A DNA stretch of 15,744 bases, taken from Nostoc sp. (GTDB taxonomy: Bacteria > Cyanobacteriota > Cyanobacteriia > Cyanobacteriales > Nostocaceae). The position numbers and the translations under genes were made by a program. Below, one piece after another: positions 15,313 to 15,744 of the stretch (the first letter of the stretch is position 1; every line of letters begins with the position of its first letter). The notes beneath the pieces are model-generated. The model worked only from the letters and a program-made list of their open reading frames with translations, made no database searches and was not told the origin of the DNA. The stretch lies in NCBI GenBank assembly GCA_036918135.1, contig JBALDB010000058.1, positions 1-15,744 on the forward strand. The letters run 5' to 3'.

Positions 15313-15744
15313 ATGTTTTCAGATGTTGAGTTTCGCTTACGAAGTAGAGTTAAGGCTGATAGTAAAGAAGCGGTGGTCATTAAGTATCTAAATTCCAAGA
15401 ATACTCTTTATCCTGCTAAGGATATGGCGATGATTGCTATTAGCAGCTATTGGCTTCCCTTAGCTTATCAAGCTGTGGATCAATCCGTGAATTTAGAGCA
15501 ACACATTCGTGCTTGTCTTTACCGCCTTCAACTACACTCTTCATATCTGATGGGACTGCTGGGAGAAATCCCCTCTCAAGGAGTGCCGATGATTGCAGTA
15601 GCCTCTAATCAATCACAGCCACTACAACTAATACAATCAGAACCATTAAGGGACTTCCAGAAAATAAAATATACAAGTTATAAGAATGATAATCATTCCG
15701 AGGAGGGAAGGGAGAGGCTGCCGCAGGCAGCCTCTCCCTTCCCC
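15313..15744 (+). CDS. Putative ParR-like partner protein; frame open to the window edge, native sequence probably ends at about 15649
   Basis: Not in the ORF track. AAGGA RBS at 15300..15304; MFSDVEFRLRSRVKADSKEAVVIKYLNSKNTLYPAKDMAMIAISSYWLPLAYQ...; lies 16 nt after the parM-like stop. The ParR call rests mainly on gene position. Confidence 0.55.
   Translation, partial: MFSDVEFRLRSRVKADSKEAVVIKYLNSKNTLYPAKDMAMIAISSYWLPLAYQAVDQSVNLEQHIRACLYRLQLHSSYLMGLLGEIPSQGVPMIAVASNQSQPLQLIQSEPLRDFQKIKYTSYKNDNHSEEGRERLPQAASPFP
15650..15744. mobile_element. Probable terminus of an ISAzo13-related element or MITE, continuing beyond the window
   Basis: TAA followed by GGGACTTCCAGAAAATAAAATATACAA resembles, from memory, ISAzo13-type ends seen in cyanobacteria. 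Two palindromes follow it. Confidence 0.5.
15705..15743. repeat. Perfect 18-bp inverted repeat with a 3-nt loop
   Basis: GGGAAGGGAGAGGCTGCC-GCA-GGCAGCCTCTCCCTTCCC. Confidence 0.9.

Overview
Accessory, IS-scarred region, most likely from a filamentous (Nostocales-like) cyanobacterium and possibly a plasmid. This is inferred from 11 HIP1 GCGATCGC sites, cyanobacterial-type IS1/IS6 remnants, short tandem repeats and a parM/parR-like pair. The left 10.6 kb is a co-oriented minus-strand cluster: a 2358-aa Ser/Thr kinase-AAA-GAF-5xPAS-HisKA_3 hybrid kinase, a NarL-type response regulator, a DsbA-like protein with SxxC in place of CxxC, a stand-alone AraC HTH protein, a SnoaL/NTF2 protein and an NmrA-like oxidoreductase cut by an IS6 end. 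The block is bracketed by two inward-facing IS6 right ends and has a dead IS1 in the kinase promoter. Candidate operators suggest a two-tier regulatory cascade. The right part holds a PHB-depolymerase-like esterase frameshifted away from its signal peptide, an intact GH15 hydrolase, a fold-back MITE-like element, a 5'-truncated parM-like gene and a parR-like gene running into another mobile end. All calls come from motif recognition by eye; no searches were run.
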